From NCBI GenBank assembly GCA_951406725.2, contig OX597833.1, positions 42,222,001 to 42,286,000 of the forward strand: a stretch of 64,000 bases of DNA, read 5' to 3'. Within the stretch, counting starts at the first letter, position 1, and every line of letters starts with the position of its first letter. Below are positions 51,635 through 64,000 of the stretch, piece after piece. A program made the position numbers and the translations under genes. The notes beneath the pieces were generated by a model. The model was given only the letters and a program-made list of their open reading frames with translations. It was not told the DNA's origin and did not search any database. The stretch is from Octopus vulgaris (taxonomy: Eukaryota).

Positions 51635-52579
51635 AATTTTTGTTTTAGTAAAAGTATTGGTAGTTATTATAGACCCTTTATAGGAGTTATAGTTTGTTGT
51701 GTAAATATTGATACAATTGAGTTTTGTAAGGTAGATAAACAAGTTTTCTAAAGTAAATTTGAATTGATTATTTTGTTGTTTACTGCATCTCAACCCTGAT
51801 GAAGCAGCCCTGTTGTGAAAGATGTTCCATACCATCTTTTTTTTCTCTCTCCAAACATATTGTATCTATCACTATATTAGTCCTTCTTTTAAGATAGTAA
51901 CTAGATGTGACTTGAGGGAAATTTCACTGCTATTTCTAGCAGGCCAGTTAACCATATTGAAAGACTTTATCCTTGTCTTATATTGCTTTTTGTTTCCCTA
52001 ATCAGACCTGACCCAATGTCCTTTTTTCAGATTTAGTGCATCTATGACTACATTAGCGAATGAGTCTTTTTTTTTTTTTTTTTTTTTTTAAAGAAAGTAA
52101 AGTGTAATTTGAGGAAGATTTGGTATCTGGTTTGATTTAATTGTTGAAGATTGAAGAAATGATCTAATGGGGCCCCGTCCTCTTTTGGTACAGTAGCATC
52201 CTTTCTAATGTTTTGCGAATACTGCCATTATTTATCTCTAAACTATCTCAGCTTGTAATCGCTGTTCATTGTAGTGACCCTCTGAAAGTATTTGGTGGTA
52301 CCTTTTAGTGCAGTACCCCACCATTTAATAATCCTTGGTTAGTGTATATATGCATATGTATATATTTTCAATATGTAGAACCATTAATCCAGACATGTTT
52401 TTTTCCTCTCACTGTTAAATTTTTCTGCCTCTATCATTGTCCCTCTCATCCCTTTCTGTCAAAGGCTGTAGGCTATAAACAACAAAGACTTTTCCATTTT
52501 GCACCAGCGTCAAACTACTACACCTGCTTCTTGTTCCCTCACCTGTCTCTCACTTTTCTTTCCTGCACACCTGAACCAA

Positions 52580-52618
<39 letters not shown>

Positions 52619-52678
52619 TGTGTGTGTATGTCTATATATATATATGGATGTATGTATATATATATGCAAATATGTATG

Positions 52679-52715
<37 letters not shown>

Positions 52716-52805
52716 TTCTATATATAAGGCCCTCATGCTTTCCGAAATCCGCCTGATTATATATACACTTTAGATGAGTTGTAGTGCACCTGAGCACTGT
52801 ACACA

Positions 52806-52844
<39 letters not shown>

Positions 52845-52848
52845 TAAA

Positions 52849-53077
52849 GGCGGTGAGCTGGCAGAAGCGTCAGCACACCGGGTAAAATGCTTAGCGGTAT
52901 TTCGTCTGTTGTTACGTTCCAAGTTCAAATTCCGCTGAGGTCAACTTTGCCTTTTATCCTTTCAGGGCCGATAAATAAAGTACCAGTTTCACACTGGGGG
53001 TTGATGTAATTGACTTAATCCCTTTGTCCGTCCTTGTTTGTCACCTCTATGTTTAGCCCCTTGTGGGTAGTAAAGAA

Positions 53078-53080
<3 letters not shown>
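52849..53080 (+). mobile_element. SINE family A inserted in (TA)n
   Basis: Full head to gtgggtagtaaagaaata tail. Confidence 0.85.
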
Positions 53081-53113
<33 letters not shown>

Positions 53114-53136
53114 ATATATATGTGTATATATATGTA

Positions 53137-53534
53137 TCATCATCATCATCGTTTAACATCCATTTTCCATGCTAGCATGGGTTGGACGGTTCGACCGGGG
53201 TCTGGGAAGCTTGGAGGCTGCACCAGGCTCCAGTCTGATCTGGCAGTGTTTCTACAGCTGGATGTCCTTCGTAACGCCAACCACTCCATGTGTGTAGTGG
53301 GTGCTTTTTACGTGCCACTGGCACAGGTGCCAGGGGAGGCTGGCAACAACCACAATCGGTTGGTGCATTTCAGGTGTCACCGGCACGGAAGCCAGTCAAA
53401 GCGGTGCTGGAAGCGGCCACGTTCGGATGGTACTTTTTACTTGCCACCAGCACAGGTATCACAACTACATTTTCCATTTGATTTTTATTGATGTACTTGA
53501 CTCAATAGGTCTCCTCAAGCACAACAGGTTGCCC
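53137..53534 (-). mobile_element. Family C retroposon
   Basis: (CAT)n tail, conserved body, two diverged internal units. Confidence 0.82.
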
Positions 53535-53545
53535 TATATATATAT

Positions 53546-53576
<31 letters not shown>

Positions 53577-53916
53577 CACACATATATATGTTTATGTATA
53601 AATATATATATATATTTGTATATATGTATATATATATATATGTATATTTGTATATATATATATATGACTATGTATATACAAGACTATATGTATATACATG
53701 ACTATATGTATATATATGTCTATATGTATATATATGTCTATATGTATATATGTCTATATATATATGTGTATATATATGTCTATATGTATATATGTCTATA
53801 TATATATGTGTAAATATATGTCTATATATATATATATATATATGTAAATGTGTATATATATATGTATATATGTATATATGTATATATATATATGTATATA
53901 TGTAAATGTGTATATA

Positions 53917-53965
<49 letters not shown>

Positions 53966-54000
53966 TTATGTGTATATATGTATGTATATATATATGTATA
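53535..54000. repeat. Long compound (TA)n/(TATG)n microsatellite
   Basis: About 465 bp almost entirely TA/TG dinucleotides. Confidence 0.95.
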
Positions 54001-55469
54001 AGGGCCACAAGAAGCAACTGATAGAAATGATGCCATGGATTTGTACTCTTATGTTAAGGAGGTATATGGCCTGAAATCTTCAGTAGCTCCAGCGAGAACA
54101 GCAAATGGATGTTTGCTTCTGTCTGACACCGCTTCTATTCATAAGCACTGGGTAGAACATTTCTCTGCACTTTTGAATGGACCATCATCTGCTGACATGA
54201 GGACGATAGAAAAAAATTGAACACCTTCCAGTTATAGAAGAGATGGCATTTGAACCAACTCTAAATGACATTTATTTAGCTGTGAATAAGCTGAATAACA
54301 ATAAGTCTCTAGGGTCTGATGGAATCTGTGCAGAAGTTTTGAAATATGGGTGATAAAATGTTTGAACTCTTAAATATATTAATTTGTCACTCCAGGAGAA
54401 CTGAGAAAGCGCCTCAAAACTGGATTGATGCCATTTTAGTTTCCTTGTATAAATCAGGGCCAAAGGATCTGTGTGGTAATTTTTGTGGGATTTTGCTTTT
54501 GTCTGTGGTTGAAAAGGTACTTGCTCGCATTTTGTTAGAATATTTAAATACCTTTATAGTTCCAAATATAGTGTCTGAATCTCAGTGTGGTTTTCATTCC
54601 TCCAGGGGCACAGACAATTACAAGAAAAGTGCATTGAACAGAATCTTGCTCTATACCTTTTCTTTGTTGATCTGAGCAAAGCATTCGATGCTGTTAATTG
54701 AAATACTCTGTGGCTAATTCTAAGGAAAATAGGTTACCCAGAAAAATTTGTAAACATGATCAGGGCTTTACGTCAAGATAAAAAAGCTAGAGTTAACTTT
54801 GGTGGTAGACTCTCTGAATCTTTTGCTGTAGAATATGAAGTAAAGCAAGGAGACATTGATGCACCCACCTTCTTTGCAATATACTTTGCTGTTGTGTTGT
54901 CACATGCTTTTCAAAACTCTGAGGAGAGGATTTACATAAAATATCGAACAACAGGGAATGTTTTTAATCTGGCCAGACTGAAATTCAAAATGAAGGTTTT
55001 TACTTCACTCATTAGGAAACTTTTGTACACTGACAATTGTGATCTTGTCAGTCATTCTGAAACAGGTCTGTATCTCTTGTATCTACATTTGACTTGGCTT
55101 GTGATGATTTTGGCTTGACCATCAACTTGAAAAAACAGTTGTAATGCCTCAACTTGCGTGAGGTGCTGTTTGTAACACCCCTAAAATTTTTGTTATGGGT
55201 TAGTTACTTGAGGTTGTCGATTTGTTCATCTACCTAGGAAGCTCTGTTCAAAATGATGGAAATCTTGATACAGAAATACAGCTGTGAATTCAGAGGGCAG
55301 CAAAAGCATTTGGTGGCTTGGAGTCATGCGTTTTGTGCCAGCACCAAATAAGAATACAAAGCTAGCTCTTTACAAATCATTTGTCTTACCATCCCTGTTG
55401 TATTCCTTTGAAACTTTGACTTGTTATGAAAAGCATTTTAAATTGTTAGAACAATTCCACCAAAAATGT
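54001..55469 (+). pseudogene. RTE-clade (BovB-like) LINE reverse transcriptase fragment, degenerate
   Basis: HWVEHFSALLN, KSLGSDGICAE, WIDAILVSLYKSGPKDLCGNFCGILLLSVVEKVLARIL, ESQCGF, QEKCIEQN..LFFVDLSKAFDAVN, VKQGDIDAPTFF, LLYTDNCDL (decayed YADD), FIYLGS, LPSLLYSFET, LEQFHQKC; multiple stops and frameshifts. Confidence 0.92.
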
Positions 55470-55483
55470 AGAGATTTCAGCCT

Positions 55484-56316
55484 ATAGAATTGCCAATAAA
55501 GCTTAGTTCAAACCATACAACTGTTCATCGTCATCTTCAACAACTTGGAAAAGTTCCTAAACTCGGAAAATGGGTGCCTCATGAATTGTCCGAAAACAAC
55601 CTCAAATCCTGAGTTGACATCTGCTCTTTTCTCCATTCTCGCAAACTCATTTCACCCTTTTTGGATAGACTTGTGACTGGTGAAGAAAAATGGCTCTTCT
55701 ATCGAAATATTAAATGTCGTAAACAGTGGCTTGGTAAAAGGGAAAAAACTCAATCACAACCAAGAAGGGAACTTCGTGGGAAAAAGGTTCTTCTCTCCAT
55801 ATGGTGGGATTGCAAAGGAGTAATTCCCTTTCAATTGTTACCATCTAATGCAACAATCAATGCTCATGTCTACTGGAGTGTTTGAACCAAGCTTTGAAGA
55901 AAAAAATGACCCGCTTTAGCGAATCGAAAAGGAGTGAGATTTCATCACTCAATGCGCAACCCCACACTGCAAAGATCACATCACAGAAGATCGAAGAGCT
56001 TGGTTGGGAAAAAATTCCTCATCCACCTTATTCTCCTGACCTTGCTCCTTCAGACTACCATTTGTTTCGTAGTTTACAGAATCATTTGGGGGACATAACT
56101 TTCGCAAGCCAGGAAGAGGTTGAAACTGACATTTCAGAGTTCATAGCTTTGAAACCAAAAGAATTTTACACTGATGGGATTAAAGCTTGTAAATAGATGG
56201 AAGGAAGTCTTAGATAATCAGGGAAAGTACATGATGATTAAATTTCAATTAAATTTAACATTTGATCAATTGTTTTCTTTATTCAAAATTCAGACAGAAC
56301 TTATGGGATGGCCTGA
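55484..56316 (+). mobile_element. 5'-truncated mariner (DD34D) transposon, degenerate transposase
   Basis: WVPHEL at 55571, VTGEEKW, KVLLSIWWD, HPPYSPDLAPSDYHLFRSL; right TIR-like gaacttatgggatggcctga followed by TA at 56317-56318. Confidence 0.92.
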
Positions 56317-56569
56317 TAGTATCCCTATGATGGAATGTATTCCTATCTCAACTATTTGATCTTTTATTCAAATATAGTTTATCTCAAACTTCATTGTCAA
56401 AAGTGTTTTTATTCTACTAAGATGCTAAGGTGTGATGTGAAGGAAATTTTGGCTGCTATTCCTAGGTTTATCATTTGCCCATTACTTCTATACTTATGTA
56501 GTGTAGTAAATACACGCATTTCACTCAAAATGTCTTCATGTTTTAACAAAAATATCAATCAAACTATAA

Positions 56570-56788
56570 CCTTTAGCACTTAAACCAGCCATATCCTGCC
56601 AAAATATTCTCCCTATTTTATGCTCAAACTGGTTATATCTAACCTCTCACACCTATCCTACAATGTCATTCTAACAATAAGCAATCACATCATCAAAATC
56701 TCGAAGCTACAATATCTTTCGTGGTCAATTCAAAACAGTGTAAATGAATAAGCAATACATTTAACAAAGTAATCTGAATTTTTAAGAG
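56570..56788 (+). mobile_element. piggyBac-type MITE
   Basis: ataa|cctttagcact ... taagag|ttaa; same family as the 41100 copy. Confidence 0.7.
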
Positions 56789-57302
56789 TTAAATTCTGCT
56801 CTATTTTTTTTAGGCCTAACTACAGTTAAAGTAAAGTCTAGGAAGAATAGTTTATTGATGCTATTGTGATGAGTATGACACAAGTGAACTCAAAGGCACA
56901 GTTTTGAGTAATACAACTGCTTATTTGTAATATTGACTGACATTAGGTTAGGAATATGGGATGAAAGATGTAATCAATTTAACCAGAGCCAGTATTTCAC
57001 AGGTACTATTTTATCGAAACTGGAGGACCAAAAAATGAAATTTGACCACAGTGAGATATGAGCAAAGAAAATAAAGAAACATTGTGAAATACAAGTTTTT
57101 TTTTTGTATGTGTGTGTGGTGCTCTAGAAATTCTATTATCCATTAATTATAATGTTTGTCCTCTGCTAAACATATTTGAATCATTTTGCTGTGTCTGCTT
57201 GTTCCTTGCCTGCGTAATCTGATATTCTAGTCATGATTTCCTATACCCTGTGTCTCAGGATGATCACAACAGCAAGTAGTGAATACAAAATAAGGAATGA
57301 AA

Positions 57303-57587
57303 ATTAATAATAATGATGATGATGATGATAATAATTATAATAATTATAATAATATTAATAATAATAATAATAATAATTATAATTATAATAATAATAATTA
57401 TAATTATAATAATAATGATGATAATAATTATAATAATAATAATAAGTGTAATAATAATGATGATGATGATGATGATGATGATGATAATTATAATAATAAT
57501 TATAATAATAATAATTGTGATAATAATTATAATAATAATAATTGTAATAATGATGATGATGATGATAATAATAATAATAATAATAAT
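57303..57587. repeat. Compound (AAT)n/(GAT)n microsatellite
   Basis: Trinucleotide runs; explains the poly-N, poly-I and poly-Y ORFs. Confidence 0.95.
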
Positions 57588-58168
57588 AGCTCTTCCATGA
57601 TGTAATTATTTCAGTTTCAGTACACAGTCTCACAGTGTGACTTGAAAGTTGTAGTAGTAGTAGTAGTAGTAGTGGTAGTAGTAGTACTGATGGACTCTCC
57701 TCTTGAAGTTGATGTACGTGAGTTCAGTGATTGCTGAACAACCTGCACAAATTATTTGTTTAGAGTTATCAAATGTATGTGCTGCACATTAGCTCACTCC
57801 CTCTATCAAATTGACGTTGCCTGTATAGGTGCACAAGTGTACCACACATCAGATGTCGAACTGATTGTAGAGCAATGTGAAATGAAGTGTTTTGCTCAAA
57901 AACACAATGCACTGCTAGGTCCAAAAATCAAACCCATGATCTAATGATTGAGAGTACATCACCCAAACCACAGTTATAACACAACAGCAGCAGATGCAGT
58001 AGCTGGGAAGTGAGACATCTACAACAATGGTGATTTGGTACATTAAAAACTGACAAATACATGATCAAAACCCTAGTATTCGTACACAACGTACTACAAG
58101 GTATATGGAGTACAGCAGGATTCATACATATATACTATACAGCAAAAATGCTACTATAAATACCACAT

Positions 58169-58410
58169 ATCATCATCATTATTTAATGTCCGTTTTCCAT
58201 GCTGGTATGGGTTGGATGGTTTGACTGAAAACTGGTAAGCCAGGGAGCTGCACCAAGTTCCAGTCTGATTTGGCAAGGTTTCTGCAGCTGGATGCCCTTC
58301 CTAATGCCAACCACTCCGTGAGTGTTGTGGATGTTTTTTACGTGTCACTGGCATTGACACCGGCATGGGCCATGACTACAGTCTCACTTGGCTTCACAGG
58401 TCTGCACAAA
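58169..58410 (-). mobile_element. Family C retroposon fragment
   Basis: catcatcat...gtccgttttccatgct...cagctggatgcccttcctaatgccaaccactcc. Confidence 0.8.
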
Positions 58411-61400
58411 CCACAAACAACGTAAAGTATTCTCAAAACAATAAGACCAGAAAAACAGACCAATACTCTGCATGTGTTGAAATCATATAGAGCTGCATTT
58501 GATTTTGCATTTAAAGTATGCAGTAAAAATAAAGTTGCTGAGGTAATAATAATTATTTCTAATATTGGTACAGAGCTAGAAATTTGGCAGGGAGAAGCTA
58601 GTCAATTAAAGCCTTTTCAGTACTATTGGACTGGTACTTTATTATTTTGACCCTGGAAGAAATGTAACTAAATACTACATGAACTATTGTCTTCTGTTCT
58701 ACTAATAATGGCATCGTAGTCTTAGCACAAAGCCATACATGTTTGAGGACAGTAGCCTTAATACATTGCCTATTTTAGTACCACTCTCAGTTCTTGTGTA
58801 CCTTTAGTGGAGACCACTATGGTAAGCATTTGGATTGAATCTTGTAGTAACCCATAAGCAATAGTTTCTTCTCTCTCACTCCATGAATCTTGGAAACCCT
58901 GCAAAGGTTATGGGCTCTGTCCCTCTTCCTTTGAGTAGCCCAGAAAAGAAAACAAAAATAAAAAGCAAGAAACTATTATTGAATCAACCCCAGTGGTTGA
59001 CTGGTACTTACTTTATTAGTCTTACAAGGATGAAAAGCAAAGTTTGTTCTAGTAATTCTGTCATCTACTACCCTTATATTAATCTCTATATATAGAATGC
59101 CAAGTTATATGTCTCCTTTTTTGTTTGCTGGTTTTCCTCTTGTCACGCTCTAGGAATGTGGAATGAGAAAGCAATGACTGCCCTGAGAGAGTGAGGAGAA
59201 ACCTATAAAAAAGATATAAAGAGAGGTAGATTAGACAGGCAGATAGTTAGGTGGGGGATTGGTGGCATAGAGGTGAGAGAGAGAGAGAGAGAAATAGGCA
59301 GCTGTCAAACAATAAGATGTGTACATAAAATGAAACAAGAAAAAAATGGAACAAGGTTTGAAGCAGAAACATTAAGAATTACTGAAAAGACAGAAATAAA
59401 CTGCATCATTTTTGACAGTTACTACATTAGTATTAATATTGTTCACTAGATCAGGATATGAAATATACTTGAATTTAGTTCTTATCGAAATGTAATCATT
59501 AGATTCTATTAGAGAAATAATTCTATGAAAGTAATAGAGATTTTTGTGAAGTAGGTCTGTGTAGAAATGTGTCAGATCCAGTTTAGTATTCTGCATTGCT
59601 ATTGATTAAGTATAAATTATTCAATACACTTATTACATATGATTGGCCTCAATTTTTTTTTTTTCCAACAAAGTTAATCAAGTCAATTTGACCTTAAGCA
59701 GTTGGTTGAATCATTGTTGATATTCCACAGTGTCCTGGTTTACTGCTGTTGTTTAGTGTTGTTAGGTCTTCGTTGCTATTCTACTTCATCCCTTTTCACT
59801 GTAGTTGTTTTAGTGTCAGTCTGCCCTTGTTTATATACAAAAAGATGCGACGGTGTTGACTGCAACTTCTTTGATTATAAATCTGCTCAATGATGATTAA
59901 CAGGAGTAAACTACAATTACATAAGAACCTGTTACAGTGAACTGTACTCAGTAAAGTAATGAATCTGTAATTTTACAAATTTGTAGATCTGTGAAGTTAA
60001 ATCAAATTCTTGATTTTCTCCTTAGGCTTACACCTTTTTTTTACATCTGGGTTTTAAGAAACTTTGCCAGTGAATGGTTTCAAATTTGTATGGGTAAGGA
60101 GTTCTCTGGCCCGCGTGTAAAGAAATGATAAGGCAAAAATGAATTCATAGAAGAATTAAAACTTAGTGTAGTGACATAATTAACTAAATAATGTCTTTTT
60201 CTCCATCTGAGTCAATTTCACTTGACTGCTGTCACCACTAGCCACTACTGACCAAAAAGAAAGAAAAAAAAATGGAGATGTAAAGGAATTGCTCTGGTTC
60301 AGATTCTTTTCTTGAACCATTAGGTTAAATGAATCTTATATGCTAATGGAGAATCATTAGGATTTTGTTGCTTAGTAATGATGTTCCCAGAACAATCAGG
60401 TATCTATTTCTGGAAATAAGCAAACAGAAGCATATACTGTTAACCATTCTTTTTTTCTTCAGATTTGAACTCATGTCCATTTTGTTGGTAGCCCAATACC
60501 ATTGACTTGTTAAAATATGGAATGTATTATAATATATAATGATGGTGTTCCTTTGAGACCATCCTAATATTGCTGCATGTGAATAAACTGCTTTTAGGTT
60601 GTAGGCTCTATACACATCCCAACTTATTACTACTTCCTGACTTTCTTTCTATTGAAGTTCACTTTAAAGCATTTCAACCAGAAAATGTCAGAGTCATATC
60701 ATGATCTCACAACACATTAGCATTTATTGCACTTTCCTACAAGGACCCAGTCTCTGTTGGTAATGCCTCAGGAGGCTACCCTACCAGTTGGTGCATAATC
60801 TCATATCCTCTTCTCCTTCTGTTTGTGTCTGATGCCTCTACAAGCATAAGATTTTGAGGAGATCGTTTGAGGCTACTGACATCCAACTGCACTGCCTACA
60901 ATGATCAAGATTGTGGGTAATGGCAACTGAGCTGTTGTGATTGCCTCTATTCCCATCTACAATCAAACCAAACATAAATGGTCGCAGTCAAATGACTGAA
61001 ACAAGTAAAAGAATAAAAGAAAAGAATAAATGTCTCTAAAGCTCTGGGAGTCTATTAGGGCCAGGAACTAGCTTAGCTTTAAAGGTGTTTAGTAAATGGG
61101 AGGCTTATCTACCCCTGGCTAGGATACTAGTGTACTACAAGCAACATTACCATATCTTACTTGCAATACAGTTATTCTTCTACTTATTCCTGATGTCTTG
61201 ATGAACTAAGGTAAAGTAGTATAAAAGTTGCACTCAGAAACACAATAAAATATCTACTGTAAGTTTGAACTGATAGCAGCATCTGTTCTACTCATTCAGT
61301 TGAGATATAGAATGGCTTATAAAATAGGTTTCAATTATAACATCTCTACCCACTTTATACGCTTTTTTTTTGTAAACAAATATAGACATATCACGCTAGA

Positions 61401-61503
61401 GTCCTCAGACCTTGGAGTCTTAGATCTAAAGGCAACTCTAGTTTTCTCTGCAAAATATTTAATAATTCTTCTTACTCTTTATCCCAGAATTACATCTGAT
61501 ATA

Positions 61504-62745
61504 TTAGGTTGTTCCAAAAATAACGGCTGATTTCAGAAACAGTTTTATTCTGGAAAAATTAACAATAGAAATGTTTTGATTAGTCAAAGTATGAGCTGTG
61601 AACATCTATGTATCTCTGCCATCGATCAACTAGATTATTTATGCTGTATTGATAAAAAATTATTGGCTTCGATGCTAAGAAATCTTTGAAAGCTGATTCC
61701 ACTTCTGGTTTGGACCTGAAAGTTTTATCACTTAAAACGTGTTTAAATGCTTTAAGAAATGGTAGCCAGTGGGTGAAAGATCAGGAGAATATAGAGGTTG
61801 TGGTAAAGTCTTGTATCCCAGGTCTGTGAGTTTCTGCAGTGTCATTCTTGCAACATGTGGCTTTGCATTATCATGGAGCAGAATTGGGCCTTGCCGATTC
61901 ACCAGTGCAGGTCTCATTTTTTTGCAAATGAGCATGCATTTCAGCAAGTTGATTGCAGCAAACCTCTGCTGTAGTGCTCTGGCTTCCAGAAAGCTGTAAT
62001 GGACAACATTGATTGCAGATCACCAGACAGTTACCATAATCTTTTGCTGATGCAACTTTGGCTTTGGGAAATATTTTGGGGACTCATCACAATCAAACCA
62101 TTGAGCTGATCATTTATAGTTATCATAAAGGATCCACTTTTCATCACAAGTGGCTGTTTGATCAAGAAAGAGCATTGAGCACACTTCAAAACACCAAACT
62201 TTTTTGATTTTCATTGAGCTCATGCGGTACCCATTTATCGAGTTTTTTCCTTACCAATCTTCTGCAGATTGCATGAGCCCATTGCAATACCGACACCAAG
62301 TGCCTGAGACATTTCTCTGACACTTTGTTCAACAATTGCTTTCAATTGTTTCTTTGTCAAGACTGCATGTCCGTCCTCTACCTTCTTCATCTTCAAGGCT
62401 CTCATTACCACTACAGAATTTCTGAAACCACCTTTGTACAGTGCAATCACTTGTGGACCCCTCTCTCCATGCTCTGTTGATATTGGCAGCAGTTTGGGAG
62501 GCATTGTGCCCGAGCTTGAACTCATGCAAGAAAAGTAAGCGATGGTCCTTTTTTGTCATGTTCATAATTAAGGGCGCCTGTGCTTCAAGAATGTTTTCTG
62601 TCTGAAATAAGTAGAAAATTATTAAAGAGCATACATCAATTATTAAGTATGTCGAAATTCATCTAAAATATAATTAAAATACTATGATAAAATTCTGTTT
62701 CAAAACACAACACTTAGAGTGGCCATTATTTTCAGAACAACCTAA
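61504..62745 (-). mobile_element. Full-length degenerate mariner transposon (Hsmar1/cecropia-like)
   Basis: TIRs ttaggttgttccaaaaataacggc / gccattattttcagaacaacctaa, TA on both sides, length ~1.24 kb. Confidence 0.95.
61580..62565 (-). pseudogene. Mariner transposase pseudogene
   Basis: LFLHEFKLGHNASQTAANIN..TVQRWFQKFCSGNESLEDEEGRGR, LVNRQGPILLHDNAKPH, YSPDLSPTGYHF, RWQRYIDVHSSYFD*; several frameshifts. Confidence 0.92.
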
Positions 62746-64000
62746 TATGAGAGAAAATATTTACAACATGAAGCCTTTTCTACTTGTGCAGTTAAGATAC
62801 AGAATAGTTTATAAAATAGATTATGATAGTAAAGGTGTTGTTGTCTTGATACCTTGTCTTTATTGCCATACATTGATCTATTGGGCTAATCTCCAATTGA
62901 TAATAGAATAAGGGTGATATATTAGATATGAAACTTTTTCTTGATACAATTAATAGCTGTTTCTGGTCACTCTGCACTTGTTCAGTCAGGTCATCTAATT
63001 TACTGTTTCTGCTTATATTGCAGTCATCAAGATTGAACATGCTGCAGTTCGGTCTTTGTGTACTGGTAAGTTTAAACATACATGTTGTGCAATCATTCCT
63101 CTTGTAAAGGTACTGATCGCAGCATGACACTAACAGCAGATCCATTGCTTTATTACCGACTATAAAATATTAAAAAAAAGATCATTTGTATATGTTTTAC
63201 TTGTGATTTAAGAGATATGATGAAGAATTATTTGATGTAGATAGAAAACTTGTACCGTAATTATTTTTCATTATATTTTTACTGTGAGAAGAGGAAAAAA
63301 AAAACTCCCTGAAACCAAGAGTCTCAATCCTGGAAAATGAAATCAAAGATATCAGGTGGATAGTAGATTCTTCAGCTGCAGAACTTTGTAATTGCTGATT
63401 TGATTTTTTTTTCCTTCTTACCAATCCTTTTCCAGAATTATTCATGAAATACCATTATACATATTTACATCTTGAAGTCCTTTTTCTTTAGAGTTTTATC
63501 TTGCTAAAATGGGCTTTACATATTTGGTCTGAGTGTGGATAAAAGAGACTCACAAAGACAGGCAATACTTACGAATGTGTTAAACAGCAGAGCACCCCTA
63601 AGTTAAGTATTTCTGCCAAATGAAGTTGTAACAAAAGAGGTATAGAATCTAGATAGACCAATGTCTGAAACCTGTGAGTGCAAGAGGATTTGTCGATCTA
63701 ACTCATTTGTTACTAAATATGTAATATCAAATATAGTCTCTTGGAAAAATAAATGTTACAGAGGTATAATTGCTGAGTGAACTATAAGCATGCAGATCTT
63801 GAGTTCAAATCTACTACAGGCATTTTTTTTGCATATTGAAGCAGTTCACTTACTTATATACACCTCAGTTCATCTAGTCTCAAATGCATATCCACATCCT
63901 CTTGACATCTTATTCCAGGGAAATATATTTCTCATCTGCTGAAATTGACCAGCAAACCTATTATATTTAAAGTGATGGTTTTAATATTTTGGCTTATGCC

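Noticed and set aside
57297-57633. Poly-N, poly-I and poly-Y ORFs (and similar ORFs at 10020-10383, 14658-15258, 30352-30601, 46396-47013 and 53301-54074)
   Set aside because: They are translations of microsatellites that lack stop codons.
61580-62565. Domesticated SETMAR-like gene
   Set aside because: Multiple frameshifts, flanking TIRs and TA TSD, and no SET domain: an ordinary dead mariner.

Overview
AT-rich, microsatellite-dense eukaryotic non-coding DNA. The repeat repertoire (several tRNA-headed SINE families, RTE-tailed retroposons, Penelope relics) resembles what I recall from octopod cephalopods; this is an inference, not a lookup. I find no supportable host protein-coding exon, rRNA, true tRNA or CRISPR array, and most of the supplied ORFs are artefacts of (TA)n, (CA)n, (AAT)n and (CAT)n tracts or SINE antisense frames. 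Recognisable content: two degenerate mariner transposons (one full-length with TIRs and TA TSD), a maT-like transposase relic, two RTE-clade LINE fragments, a Penelope-like GIY-YIG relic, hAT-, piggyBac- and Tc1-type MITEs, many SINEs (several with clean TSDs) and several minisatellites. The most unusual area is 39.3-45.1 kb. There a near-perfect 300-bp inverted duplication encloses a tail-to-tail pair of hammerhead-ribozyme-like modules with a non-canonical core (U at the normally invariant A6), next to a templated-insertion repair scar. Other highlights are a 37-bp-period array with a conserved POU-like core and an orphan coding-like island at about 19.1-19.7 kb. Coordinates without a stated TSD or TIR are approximate.
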